In this document: positions 53,800 to 62,623 of the stretch, in pieces | How positions within the stretch are numbered: position 1 is the first letter of the stretch | How the letters are laid out: every line of letters begins with the position of its first letter | Virus record (IMG/VR): IMGVR_UViG_3300031992_000079 | Coordinates: 1-64,000 of that record | Origin: a virus | Taxonomy: Duplodnaviria; Caudoviricetes | Reading direction: 5' to 3' (one strand) | DNA length: 64,000 bases | The notes under the pieces: generated by a model | Told to the model about the DNA's origin: nothing | The model's database searches: none | Seen by the model: the letters and a program-made list of their open reading frames with translations, nothing else | Translations under genes and position numbers: made by a program

Positions 53800-54327
53800 A
53801 TGTCTTTCTTTCCTCGTACACTTGCAAGACCAGATAGAAACTCTAATAGTGCTTTTGAAAAGCTTAAGTTTGTAGAAGAGCACTATCAGGAATTGATGGC
53901 TGCTTATCAGGATATTATGGCTCATCTTAAGTTAGTAGGTGATGGTAATAATGATGAGCCTGTAGAACTACCAGATAACATAGTATTTTATGATCCTGAT
54001 AGTTTAAGTGATGCTTATCCTTCTAGTGTTCCTAATTGGAACCAGATTACAGGTAAACCGTATGAAACTCTTCATACAGGAGCATCTCTCTTAATAAATG
54101 AAGAACCTTATCATTTACCTAAGGGTATTCTCTACTTAACTACTGAGCAATCTAATTACAATACCTATCATTTGGTAAGCAGTGATGGTTCTGTGCTATT
54201 TAATGTAGATGAATTAATCACATCTAAAATGGTAGGTAATGAAGCCAGTAAGATACCAGTCTATACTGATGATGGTCACTTAAAGCTTCCTGATGGTACT
54301 GAACTATGGTGTGAAGATGCCGAGTAA
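53800..54327 (+). CDS. Putative tail protein
   Basis: NSAFE variant of the shared N-terminal motif; PNWNQITGKP fibre motif. Confidence 0.5.
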   Translation: MSFFPRTLARPDRNSNSAFEKLKFVEEHYQELMAAYQDIMAHLKLVGDGNNDEPVELPDNIVFYDPDSLSDAYPSSVPNWNQITGKPYETLHTGASLLINEEPYHLPKGILYLTTEQSNYNTYHLVSSDGSVLFNVDELITSKMVGNEASKIPVYTDDGHLKLPDGTELWCEDAE

Positions 54328-55372
54328 CTATATCAATGTACATGTAGGTAATGAGGTATGCAGAGCTTATTCTGTACTACCTGATGCACCAGAATCAAAA
54401 GGAATACTTGATTGGGAAGTTGTAGCTAATACTCCTTTTACTTCAACTAATAATAGAACACCTCTTTATATTAATGTTCCCTTACAAGGAGTATCTAATT
54501 CAACAGTACGTTTAAGACTAAACTGGACTATGTTTAGTGGTGCATACATTCCAGAAATTGGCTATGTAAATGATGATATTTCAGAAAAGATATTTGAAAT
54601 AGCTTATGATGAAGATATAGGAGAATATGCTTTAATACACTCTAAGCTACTTACTAATGCAGGATATAGTACGTATTTTGATATTAGAGCACTAAATGCT
54701 GATGTATGGGGATTCACTTCTGAATATGATACCTTAACTGTAGAATACAAATTTAAAATAACTAATATGTATGCTAATAGGTATGACCCTACTACTCCTG
54801 CTAAATGTGTTGAATTAATTAATTTTGACCATACAAGCGATCCCACTGATAATGCTAATTCTTCAAATATTTATTTATATCCAGATGGGCATATAGCAAG
54901 TTGGAGTAATAGTACTATTTGTAAAACTGAAACACAGTATGCTGAGAACTTCACTCTTGAAGCTAATACTGTGTATAAAGTAACTATTATAGTTACTCGT
55001 GGTACAACTCAAGTGCCTTTTGACCAATATAACAATACTTATCCAGTTACTTATGAAATCTACATAAATAATACTTTATTTTATACTGGATATATTCCAA
55101 AAGTGCATACAGTAAATACTTTAGAAGAAGGGAGTTTTTATTTTAGTCCCGATTCTTATGAAGGTAATTTGATTAAAAACATAGGTAGTATAAAAGCTTA
55201 TTGGGGTAGACCAGGATTACCACCTTTTAAAAAGATTTCATTATCAAGAAATGGAACAAATTACTACTTATTAGCTTCTAATCAAGGTGCTTATCCTTCA
55301 GAAAGATTTAAAGCCAAGATAGATGGTATTACCTATCCTGTATTACTAAAACATGATTTAGATACGGAGTAG
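54317..55372 (+). CDS. Putative beta-sandwich (lectin-like) tail protein
   Basis: Likely start MPSNY; beta-rich, aromatic. Confidence 0.5.
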   Translation: MPSNYINVHVGNEVCRAYSVLPDAPESKGILDWEVVANTPFTSTNNRTPLYINVPLQGVSNSTVRLRLNWTMFSGAYIPEIGYVNDDISEKIFEIAYDEDIGEYALIHSKLLTNAGYSTYFDIRALNADVWGFTSEYDTLTVEYKFKITNMYANRYDPTTPAKCVELINFDHTSDPTDNANSSNIYLYPDGHIASWSNSTICKTETQYAENFTLEANTVYKVTIIVTRGTTQVPFDQYNNTYPVTYEIYINNTLFYTGYIPKVHTVNTLEEGSFYFSPDSYEGNLIKNIGSIKAYWGRPGLPPFKKISLSRNGTNYYLLASNQGAYPSERFKAKIDGITYPVLLKHDLDTE

Positions 55373-55374
55373 TT

Positions 55375-56217
55375 GTGAATAAGACTATATACTTTAAGAG
55401 AGATGCAGGTATAGATGATATACCCTGTATCTATGCTTGGACTCCTTCATATGACTGGAGTATTAATTATCCAGGTGTAGCTATGGAACAGGAGTCTACT
55501 ATCTGGTTTAAGTACACTATAAACAATGCTCCTGATACTGAATGGTATTTTGCATTCTGTTACTTAAACCAGAGTACCAATATAGAAGGAGATCATCTAG
55601 TAACTACTTCTGATACAGAATACTTAGACTCTTCCTACAATGATGTATCTTCTGAATATGTATCTGTAACTCCTCCTGTTATAGATACACCTACTATCCC
55701 TCCTTCTGAAGAAGAATCTACCATAATATCTAAAGCAGGTCCTGTCTATCTGGTTTGTTTCAAAGGAACAAACATTAAGAGGTCTATCTTTGATAGGCTT
55801 GTTCGTATCTTTACTAAGACTAAGTACACTCATGTTGGTTTAACATCTAATCCAGAAGGAGAAACAATTACTTACTATGCGGCTAGATATGATGGCGGAG
55901 TTAATACTTATACTGAGTCTGCTAGTGATGTGGATTTGTATCTTATCCATTTGAAGAATGGTGTAGGTATCAATGAGTTCTACAATGCTACTAAAGGACA
56001 GTATGGTTCCTTTGTTAAAGACATTAACAGATGGGACTTAGCAAATACTCCTATAAGTCATTTTGACTTAATGAAGACTGCTAGAGATTACTGGAGACAT
56101 CCTGATAAAAGTGAACCAGGATGGGGTAGTGTAGAATGGACTGCTGCTGCTCTTCATCTTGGTTTACCTCATAGATATACCATAGATAAGCTTATTGAAT
56201 TTGCCAATATGGAATAA
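55375..56217 (+). CDS. Protein with a C-terminal permuted papain-like (YiiX-type) domain lacking the catalytic Cys
   Basis: RIFTKTKYTHVGL...YDGGV...T.GQY...WGSVEW.AAAL.LG, where the family has W(F)CSE. Confidence 0.55.
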   Translation: MNKTIYFKRDAGIDDIPCIYAWTPSYDWSINYPGVAMEQESTIWFKYTINNAPDTEWYFAFCYLNQSTNIEGDHLVTTSDTEYLDSSYNDVSSEYVSVTPPVIDTPTIPPSEEESTIISKAGPVYLVCFKGTNIKRSIFDRLVRIFTKTKYTHVGLTSNPEGETITYYAARYDGGVNTYTESASDVDLYLIHLKNGVGINEFYNATKGQYGSFVKDINRWDLANTPISHFDLMKTARDYWRHPDKSEPGWGSVEWTAAALHLGLPHRYTIDKLIEFANME

Positions 56218-56219
56218 GT

Positions 56220-57119
56220 ATGGCAGTAAGAGTATCTACTCTTGGTAAGAGTGCAATAATCAACAGACAGCTAAACTCTGCTTATGACATAGTAGAGTTT
56301 GTTGCTGATAATCTTCCTTTGCTTATAGAGTCCTGTCATAAGATACAGCTCATAGCCAATATAGACTATGTTAAAGACCATGTAGACAGGACTGATATAC
56401 ATCTGTCTGAACAAGACAGACAGAGGATAGAAACACTCTTAAACCAAGAGAATGTACAGCAATCTGTATATGCCTCAGAAGTGGCTCAGATTCACTCTAT
56501 TTTGAATGAATTGAGTGAAGCAATAGGATTATACTCTGAGCATATTTCCAATCAAAATATACACGTTTCTGATGAGGATAGAGAGCTTCTTACAAGGCTT
56601 GCTACTGCTCCTGAAGTAATAAGCCAGTTACAGGAAGTAACAAGCAATCATACAGAAGCAATAAACACATTACAGCAACAGGTAACTGGTATCTTAAGTG
56701 ATGAGTTATCTGATGTTGCTTACTCTGGTTCTTATAATGATTTAACAGATAAGCCAGTAATAGACAATGCTTTATCAGATGAGTCTGTTAATGCAGTACA
56801 GAATAAAGTACTTACTCAGGCTTTAGGAGAGAAAGCCAGTACAAGAGCATTAAAGCAAGTAGCATTTACTGGCTCATTTAATGACTTAAGTAATAAGCCA
56901 GTGATAGATAACAGAGTTACATCTACTGGTACTAATGCTGTATCTGGTAAAGCAGTATATGACTTAATAGGTGATTTAACTGATGGGAGTATAGCTTCTA
57001 TTACTTTTGAGAATGGTACTGCTTATATAACTCACTTAGATGGTACTGTTACTACAGAGACATATGTCTATACAGACAGAATCTCTGAAGATGAAATAGA
57101 TGCACTATTTCAAGAATAA
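56220..57119 (+). CDS. Tail fibre subunit
   Basis: NSAYD N-motif, H..N..IH repeats, VAYSGSYNDLTDKP and VAFTGSFNDLSNKP repeats, ISEDEIDALF end. Confidence 0.7.
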   Translation: MAVRVSTLGKSAIINRQLNSAYDIVEFVADNLPLLIESCHKIQLIANIDYVKDHVDRTDIHLSEQDRQRIETLLNQENVQQSVYASEVAQIHSILNELSEAIGLYSEHISNQNIHVSDEDRELLTRLATAPEVISQLQEVTSNHTEAINTLQQQVTGILSDELSDVAYSGSYNDLTDKPVIDNALSDESVNAVQNKVLTQALGEKASTRALKQVAFTGSFNDLSNKPVIDNRVTSTGTNAVSGKAVYDLIGDLTDGSIASITFENGTAYITHLDGTVTTETYVYTDRISEDEIDALFQE

Positions 57120-57161
57120 TTTCTCTGGTTTTATACACTTTTTCAAGATTAGGAGATACCT

Positions 57162-57572
57162 ATGGCATTGAAGTTCTTAGACTTAACTGGTTTAACCTAC
57201 TTCAAGAGTAAGTTAAATATCCCTTCTACAAGTGATATTCAAGCACTGATAAATACTGCTCTAGCAGACTATACTACCAGTGTAGATATTTTTACTGTAG
57301 TAAGTACCTTACCTGCTTCTGGTGTAGAGGGTAGAGGTTATTTTGTACCTAATGCTAATGATAGTACCAAGTATGATTTATATACTTGGGAAAATAATGC
57401 TTGGGTATCTAGTCCTGGAGGTAGTATTACTATTACTATAGATGCTACTCCTACACAGGGTAGTTCTAATGCTGTATCCAGTGGAGGTGTATATACTGCA
57501 TTACAGGGTAAGCTGAATACCACTGATTTAGTTGCTATTACCAACTCTGAGATTGATAATCTGTTCGTCTGA
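57162..57572 (+). CDS. Tail fibre linker subunit
   Basis: KFLDLTGL start, DATPTQGSSNAVSSGGVY, AITNSEIDNLF end. Confidence 0.65.
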   Translation: MALKFLDLTGLTYFKSKLNIPSTSDIQALINTALADYTTSVDIFTVVSTLPASGVEGRGYFVPNANDSTKYDLYTWENNAWVSSPGGSITITIDATPTQGSSNAVSSGGVYTALQGKLNTTDLVAITNSEIDNLFV

Positions 57573-57579
57573 GGTATAA

Positions 57580-59733
57580 ATGTCTCTGAAGTACTTAAAT
57601 CTCACCGGGCTATCCCGTGTGATTACAAATCTCAAAAACTGGGTAGTATCTCAGATACCCACTAAGACTTCAGAGATTACCAATGATTCTGGATTTATCA
57701 ATAATACTGATAACTGCGTACATAAGACTGGTGATGAAACTGTAGCAGGAGAGAAGACTTTTACAGCAGATACTTATATTACATCTGCTAGTAGAAAGTA
57801 TCTTCAAATTAAGAATACTTCTTGGGACTTAGGACAGGCTACTCCTTCTAGTGACAAAGAATTTGGAGGTATATGCTTTAAGGATAAAGATAACCAGAAT
57901 GCTTCATACATCATTACTTATGAATATGCTTCTGGGTATGGTTGTTTAAGACTACTTTACAGAACCAAGTTCTCTAATGGAGAAAAGAGCACTTCTGGCA
58001 GTAATGTTGATTCTCAATTTACTATAGGAATTATGCCAGATGGTAAAGTATATTGTGGTACTAATGGCTATTGGCATACTAATTTAATTCCTACTGTAAA
58101 TAACAGCATTACTTTAGGAAATTCTACATATAGATGGAAAGCTGTATATGCTAATTCTTACTATCTAGGTAATACTGCTTTTGGAGATATAGTTACTCAC
58201 AATGCTAGTGAATTTCTTACTTCTCACCAAACAGTATCTAATTCTGCTCCTACACTAGCATGGGGAGCTACTGCTACTATAGGTACTATAGGAGGTACTG
58301 CTCTTACCGTTAAGATGCCTGCTAATCCTAATACCAATACAACCTATAGTGCTGGTACTGGATTAAGTTTAAGTGGAACTACTTTCTCATTAGCACTTAC
58401 TAAAGCTTTAGTTACTGATGCTTTAGGATATACTCCACCTACTACAGATACTAATACTGATACTAAAGTTACTCAGACTGCTACTACAGGAGATTCTTTC
58501 TATCCTGTATTAGCAACTACTACAGCTAATGCGCTTACTACAGAAACAAACACAGCAAGGTTTAACCCTAGATTTTTGATGAATACAAGATATGGGTATC
58601 TTGTTAGTGTTGCCTATAATTCAGATAACTTAAAAGGTGCTACAGCAGGTGGTACTAGAAGTACTGGAGGTATGTGGTGGCAATCTTATGATAATGCTGA
58701 AGTAGGTAGAATATGGAATCATGTAACTAAAGATGGAACTAGAGAAACCTATATAAGAGTAACTAGTTACATCACTAATGGGACACTTGCAACAGATGGT
58801 ACTGCTGTAAATGCTTATTTATCTGTAGGTATTTTACCTACAGGTGCTAAAAGGATAGCCACTGATGCAGATTGGGCATGCAATCTAACCCCTATTACAA
58901 CTAATACTTATACTCTAGGTACTTCATCTCTTTACTGGAAAGCTGCTTATGTAATCACTCAGTATATGGGTGGAGATATTGTATTCAATGGTACCTATAA
59001 TCTCAGGTCTAATGCAGATAATTCTTATGTAAGGATACAGGGTGGAAGTGGCGAAGGTAAGGGAAGCAGAATAATACTATCTGGTAAAACCAGAAGTGGT
59101 TTACAAGGATATGCTGAAATAGTTGCTACTGATGGTACTAACACCAATACCTTTACAGTTAAACCAAATGGAGAAACTCTGGTTAATGGTAATAATCTTG
59201 CTGCTACCATAATTAAAGGTTTATCCATAAGTGGCAAAACTATTACCTATACTCAAATCAATGGAAGTACAGGTACTCTAACTACTCAGGATACAGTCTA
59301 TACTCACCCTACTAGTGCTGGTAATAAGCATATTCCTAGTGGGGGTAGCAGTGGGCAGATATTGAAGTATTCTTCTAGTGGTACTGCTGCATGGGCTGAT
59401 ACAGATTTTGCTAGAACAATGGCTCAAATAGCTACTAGAACTTCTGTGAGTAATGGTACTTGGACTATTACCAGTGAGGACCATCAGTTAATAATGATTG
59501 TTATTCATGTTACAGGTACATCTGCATCAACAACACATAAAGTTAGTGTAACACTTTCTAGTGGAGCAGATGCTCTAGTACCTAATACTGCAAGTTTAGT
59601 TGCTTTAAGCTCTACATCAAGTGGTATTTATAATTCTTATTATTGCTTACTCTGGACTACATCAACTTCTGTAAAAATTACTATTAGTAATGTAACAGCG
59701 TTAAACTCCCTCAGTCTTACAGCATATCAGTAA
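57580..59733 (+). CDS. Long tail fibre / receptor-binding protein
   Basis: KYLNLTGL start, VHKTGDETVAGEKTF, Thr/Gly/Ser-rich, internal duplication, YTHPTSAGNKHIP.GG. Confidence 0.8.
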   Translation: MSLKYLNLTGLSRVITNLKNWVVSQIPTKTSEITNDSGFINNTDNCVHKTGDETVAGEKTFTADTYITSASRKYLQIKNTSWDLGQATPSSDKEFGGICFKDKDNQNASYIITYEYASGYGCLRLLYRTKFSNGEKSTSGSNVDSQFTIGIMPDGKVYCGTNGYWHTNLIPTVNNSITLGNSTYRWKAVYANSYYLGNTAFGDIVTHNASEFLTSHQTVSNSAPTLAWGATATIGTIGGTALTVKMPANPNTNTTYSAGTGLSLSGTTFSLALTKALVTDALGYTPPTTDTNTDTKVTQTATTGDSFYPVLATTTANALTTETNTARFNPRFLMNTRYGYLVSVAYNSDNLKGATAGGTRSTGGMWWQSYDNAEVGRIWNHVTKDGTRETYIRVTSYITNGTLATDGTAVNAYLSVGILPTGAKRIATDADWACNLTPITTNTYTLGTSSLYWKAAYVITQYMGGDIVFNGTYNLRSNADNSYVRIQGGSGEGKGSRIILSGKTRSGLQGYAEIVATDGTNTNTFTVKPNGETLVNGNNLAATIIKGLSISGKTITYTQINGSTGTLTTQDTVYTHPTSAGNKHIPSGGSSGQILKYSSSGTAAWADTDFARTMAQIATRTSVSNGTWTITSEDHQLIMIVIHVTGTSASTTHKVSVTLSSGADALVPNTASLVALSSTSSGIYNSYYCLLWTTSTSVKITISNVTALNSLSLTAYQ

Positions 59734-59735
59734 TT

Positions 59736-60209
59736 ATGATTAGACTATTTCTCTATGACTCCACTTGGTTTAATGTGGATAATGAAACAGATGCTCAGAA
59801 CCTCCTAGATAAGGGAGCAGTTGAATATACCTCTGACCAGATTAGAGGTGTAGAAGGTAATGAAACATGGGTAAGTAATGACACCATGTTTCAGGATGAG
59901 CAAGGTTGGTATTTCCATAAGGAAGAGCCAGTAGTTACTCCTGCACAGCGTATCAAAGAAATACAGGATGCAGTACAGAATCTGCTAGATACCAAGGCAC
60001 AGGAGAAGATGTATGACAATGGCTTTGCTGTCTGCTCCTATGCTACTTCCACTGATGAAACCTTCAGAAATGAAGCACAGGCTTTTATTGAGTGGAGAGA
60101 TAAGTGCTGGAGAAAGTGCTATGAAATCCTAGCCCAGTTTGAGTATGGTGAGATTGAAATGCCTAGTGTTGAGTATGTTATGAGTCAGTTACCTGTCTTG
60201 GAGTGGTAA
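59736..60209 (+). CDS. Tail fibre assembly/chaperone-like protein
   Basis: VQNLLD.KAQ...YD....SY..S....F..EA.AF..WRD..W pattern directly after the fibre gene. Confidence 0.7.
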   Translation: MIRLFLYDSTWFNVDNETDAQNLLDKGAVEYTSDQIRGVEGNETWVSNDTMFQDEQGWYFHKEEPVVTPAQRIKEIQDAVQNLLDTKAQEKMYDNGFAVCSYATSTDETFRNEAQAFIEWRDKCWRKCYEILAQFEYGEIEMPSVEYVMSQLPVLEW

Positions 60210-60410
60210 ATGGAAGAAAAAATCAAAGAAATGCTAGAGCATATTGAAGAAAATACTAAGTTCCTCTATCCTAAGGATGTTTCTAATGAAACACTTAGCC
60301 AGAACTTAGTAGGTAGAGGTATCTCCTTTATGCAGAAGCCTAGTAAGCAGACTACAGTAGACCTATGTACTCTGGCTTTAGTGTTGTATCTAAGGGCAAA
60401 GAATGATTAG
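60210..60410 (+). CDS. Hypothetical protein
   Basis: Abuts the chaperone stop codon. Confidence 0.5.
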   Translation: MEEKIKEMLEHIEENTKFLYPKDVSNETLSQNLVGRGISFMQKPSKQTTVDLCTLALVLYLRAKND

Positions 60411-60603
60411 AGACCTATTAGCAGGGCTAATTTTAATCAGTTTCTTTGGCTTAATCATATGGGGAGCACACCATGAAGCTCCTACAACGATACCAGTAAT
60501 TAAGCCAATAGAACACAATATAGTTACACATGAGTTAGTCTGTGTAACTGTAAAAAATGATTACTGTTTCAGGTATGAAGTGAGAAGGATAGTAAAAGAA
60601 TGA
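60403..60603 (+). CDS. Small membrane-anchored hypothetical protein
   Basis: N-terminal TM segment. Confidence 0.5.
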   Translation: MIRDLLAGLILISFFGLIIWGAHHEAPTTIPVIKPIEHNIVTHELVCVTVKNDYCFRYEVRRIVKE

Positions 60604-60875
60604 GAATCAGCGAATGTTATACAAAGATTAAGAGAACCAAGGATAGTGAAGTGTACAGCTTCACAAATAAGAAATTTGTTTGGACTGTACAGATGTTCAC
60701 TAAGGATTGGACCTTACAGAGAAAGTTCTATAAAGATGGTGATGAAGTGGATGTAGATAGAATACCTGATAGGATATTCGCTGCTATGATGCAGAGTGAT
60801 GAATGGGAATTAAAGAGTCCCATTGAATCCCCAGCTTCTGAGGGTGACATAGTCTCCCTTAAAGAATCTGAGTGA
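60600..60875 (+). CDS. Hypothetical protein
   Basis: 4-nt overlap with the upstream ORF. Confidence 0.5.
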   Translation: MRISECYTKIKRTKDSEVYSFTNKKFVWTVQMFTKDWTLQRKFYKDGDEVDVDRIPDRIFAAMMQSDEWELKSPIESPASEGDIVSLKESE

Positions 60876-61130
60876 ATTACGGAGTGCTTGAGTAGTAAAG
60901 TCATCATGACCAAAAGCATACTGAGCTAGAAACTCATGTACATGCCTTGTAGTAGTACTAGAGTAATCCCAGTAGTAGCAAAGTTTCACTTCATTATCTT
61001 TAACTGCTGCAACTAGTTCTCCATAAGAATATAAAGCATGTGTAGTTTCATTAAGACTTAATACCTTGGCTTTACCATAGAAGCTTTTACGAGAAGAGTA
61101 GATAGGTTGTAAATAACTAATGTTTTCCAT
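60810..61130 (-). CDS. Conserved phage hypothetical protein
   Basis: KSFYGKA.V....L.SY...VA......YS.TT.RH..EF, a pattern common in phages. Confidence 0.65.
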   Translation of the reverse strand: MENISYLQPIYSSRKSFYGKAKVLSLNETTHALYSYGELVAAVKDNEVKLCYYWDYSSTTTRHVHEFLAQYAFGHDDFTTQALRNSLRFFKGDYVTLRSWGFNGTL

Positions 61131-61165
61131 ATAATACCTCTGTTTGAGAAATGATTCGCATTTTG

Positions 61166-61187
61166 GACCCCTTATAGGGGTCTTTTT
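61166..61187 (+). terminator. Terminator at the convergence of late and early/middle transcription
   Basis: GACCCCT-tat-AGGGGTC followed by TTTTT. Confidence 0.65.
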
Positions 61188-61378
61188 ATTGTTTCAATAA
61201 TTTCCTTATTAAAGGGCGAAGCCCTTAAATTCATTCTGAAGATGTTAGTCTTCTTATCATGTTCAAAGCCAGTAAAAGCAATAGTACTGATATGGTCTGG
61301 ATACTCTATACCCAGAGCTACTTCTATATCATCATCCTTTAACTGGCTTATTGCTTGTTTAAGTTCTTTAAGCTGCAT
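61172..61378 (-). CDS. Hypothetical protein
   Basis: GGAG RBS. Confidence 0.55.
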   Translation of the reverse strand: MQLKELKQAISQLKDDDIEVALGIEYPDHISTIAFTGFEHDKKTNIFRMNLRASPFNKEIIETIKRPL

Positions 61379-61389
61379 TAATACTCCAT

Positions 61390-61413
61390 AAAAAAGCCCC
61401 TTATACAGGGGCT
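61390..61413 (-). terminator. Terminator ending the tRNA cluster
   Basis: AGCCCCT-tatac-AGGGGCT plus A-tract. Confidence 0.75.
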
Positions 61414-61443
61414 AAACAGTGGTTACATTAGGAGGATTGAAAA

Positions 61444-61518
61444 TGGTGGTGAGAGTAGGATTCGAACCTACGACTACTCTTTTTAGGAGTCTACCTTAAG
61501 CCACTCAGCCATCTCACC
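61444..61518 (-). tRNA. Non-canonical tRNA (Ser-type acceptor/D-arm, AAA in anticodon position, no long variable arm)
   Basis: GGTGAGA/TCTCACC-A-CCA; GTAGG-TTCGAAT-CCTAC T-arm; ACTC-CTAAAAA-GAGT arm. Confidence 0.55.
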
Positions 61519-61522
61519 ATAA

Positions 61523-61597
61523 TGGTGCTGATGATAGGAGTTGAACCTATAACCTACTGTTTACAAGGCAGTTGCACTACCATTGTGCTACATCAGC
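61523..61597 (-). tRNA. tRNA-Thr(UGU)
   Basis: Cloverleaf with CT-TGT-AA loop and encoded CCA. Confidence 0.92.
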
Positions 61598-61602
61598 ATA
61601 AC

Positions 61603-61678
61603 TGGCGGGGATAGTAGGGATTGAACCTACGACATAGCGATTAACAGTCGCTCGCTCTACCAACTGAGCTATATCCCC
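61603..61678 (-). tRNA. tRNA-Asn(GUU)
   Basis: Cloverleaf, AGCGA-CTGTTAA-TCGCT, CCA. Confidence 0.95.
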
Positions 61679-61682
61679 ATAA

Positions 61683-61710
61683 CTGGCAGGGATGTAAGGA
61701 TTTGAACCTT
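61683..61710 (-). pseudogene. 3' fragment of a tRNA (Gln-like)
   Basis: TAAGG-TTCAAAT-CCTTA, CATCCCT-G-CCA; the 5' part is replaced by the HNH gene. Confidence 0.7.
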
Positions 61711-62203
61711 AACACTCTCTTAAATTTTGATAATAATTTTCTCTTGTGTACAAGCGATGAATACATGTTTTTGCTACATTAAACATTTTCGCTAATGCTC
61801 TTTGAGAGAGAATATGCTTATTATCAAAAATAAATTTTATGTCTTCTTTTGTTAATTTTCTTTTATTACTATTTTTATGGTTATCTAAGTATTTATTTAC
61901 ATTTTCTTTAGGTGTAACCCATTCTAGATTAGAAACTGAACAATTAGTTTTATCCTCATCAATGTGATTAACCATTGATAGGTTATTAGGATTTGGAATA
62001 AAAGTTTCTGCAACTGCTTTGTGCAATCTTATTGCTTTAGTTTTACCTCTTTGCCCTAATGGTAGATATACATATAAATATCCACAATTTTTACGGAAAG
62101 ACTTTTTATAAACTTTTCCTGTTTTTGTATTAGTTACATTTCCTTCAGTATCAATCAAAAATTGATTATATACTTCACCCTCATAAACAAGGGGGAATTG
62201 CAT
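61709..62203 (-). mobile_element. Free-standing HNH homing endonuclease (NUMOD4/HNH_3-type with C-terminal HTH)
   Basis: GYLYVYL, LHKAVAETFIPNP...VNHIDEDKTNCSVSNLEWVT.KEN; true start MQFP at 62203. Confidence 0.85.
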
Positions 62204-62205
62204 AA

Positions 62206-62280
62206 TGGCAGGGAGAGATGGAATCGAACCATCCTTACATGAGTCAAAGTCACGTGTAATAACCACTATACCATCTCCCT
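62206..62280 (-). tRNA. tRNA-Gln(UUG)
   Basis: AGGGAGA/TCTCCCT-G-CCA; CT-TTG-AC loop. Confidence 0.9.
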
Positions 62281-62288
62281 AATTAATA

Positions 62289-62362
62289 TGGCAGGCTCTA
62301 AAGGAATCGAACCTCTATTCACTGATTTGGAGTCAGTGGTGCTACCATTACACCAAGAGCCT
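62289..62362 (-). tRNA. tRNA-Trp(CCA)
   Basis: ACTGA-CTCCAAA-TCAGT; G73; CCA. Confidence 0.9.
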
Positions 62363-62368
62363 ATAAAA

Positions 62369-62453
62369 TGGTGCCCGTAGAGAGATTCGAACTCACACTG
62401 CCTATGGCGAGGGATTTTAAATCCCTTGTGTCTACCAATTCCACCATACGGGC
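62369..62453 (-). tRNA. tRNA-Leu(UAA)
   Basis: GCCCGTA..., AGGGA-TTTAAAA-TCCCT, long variable arm, CCA. Confidence 0.93.
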
Positions 62454-62605
62454 TTAAACTGTTCTAACTTTCTTCTAGTATTGTATAAGCGATTATTTCT
62501 ACACCATACACATGAACCATGATTACGACAGGTTACATCTACTGCTCTTGAATCATGATATGGTTTACGGTGTTCTTTACCATGTTCTATTGCTTTTTCT
62601 AACAT
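62432..62605 (-). CDS. Small Cys/His-rich conserved protein (57 aa)
   Basis: Read from the sequence: MLEKAIEHGKEHRKPY...TCRNHGSCVWCRNNRLY...; AGGAG RBS; the last codons run into tRNA-Leu. Confidence 0.7.
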   Translation of the reverse strand: MLEKAIEHGKEHRKPYHDSRAVDVTCRNHGSCVWCRNNRLYNTRRKLEQFKPVWWNW

Positions 62606-62623
62606 AGTGTACTCCTAATGGGT

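Noticed and set aside
57565-57585. Read-through or frameshift fusing 57162 to 57580
   Set aside because: 7-nt gap with its own GAGG RBS and no slippery sequence
62204-62266. N-terminal extension of the HNH ORF; HNH as a tRNA intron
   Set aside because: The extension is tRNA-Gln sequence; the tRNA is complete without splicing and no group I core was seen
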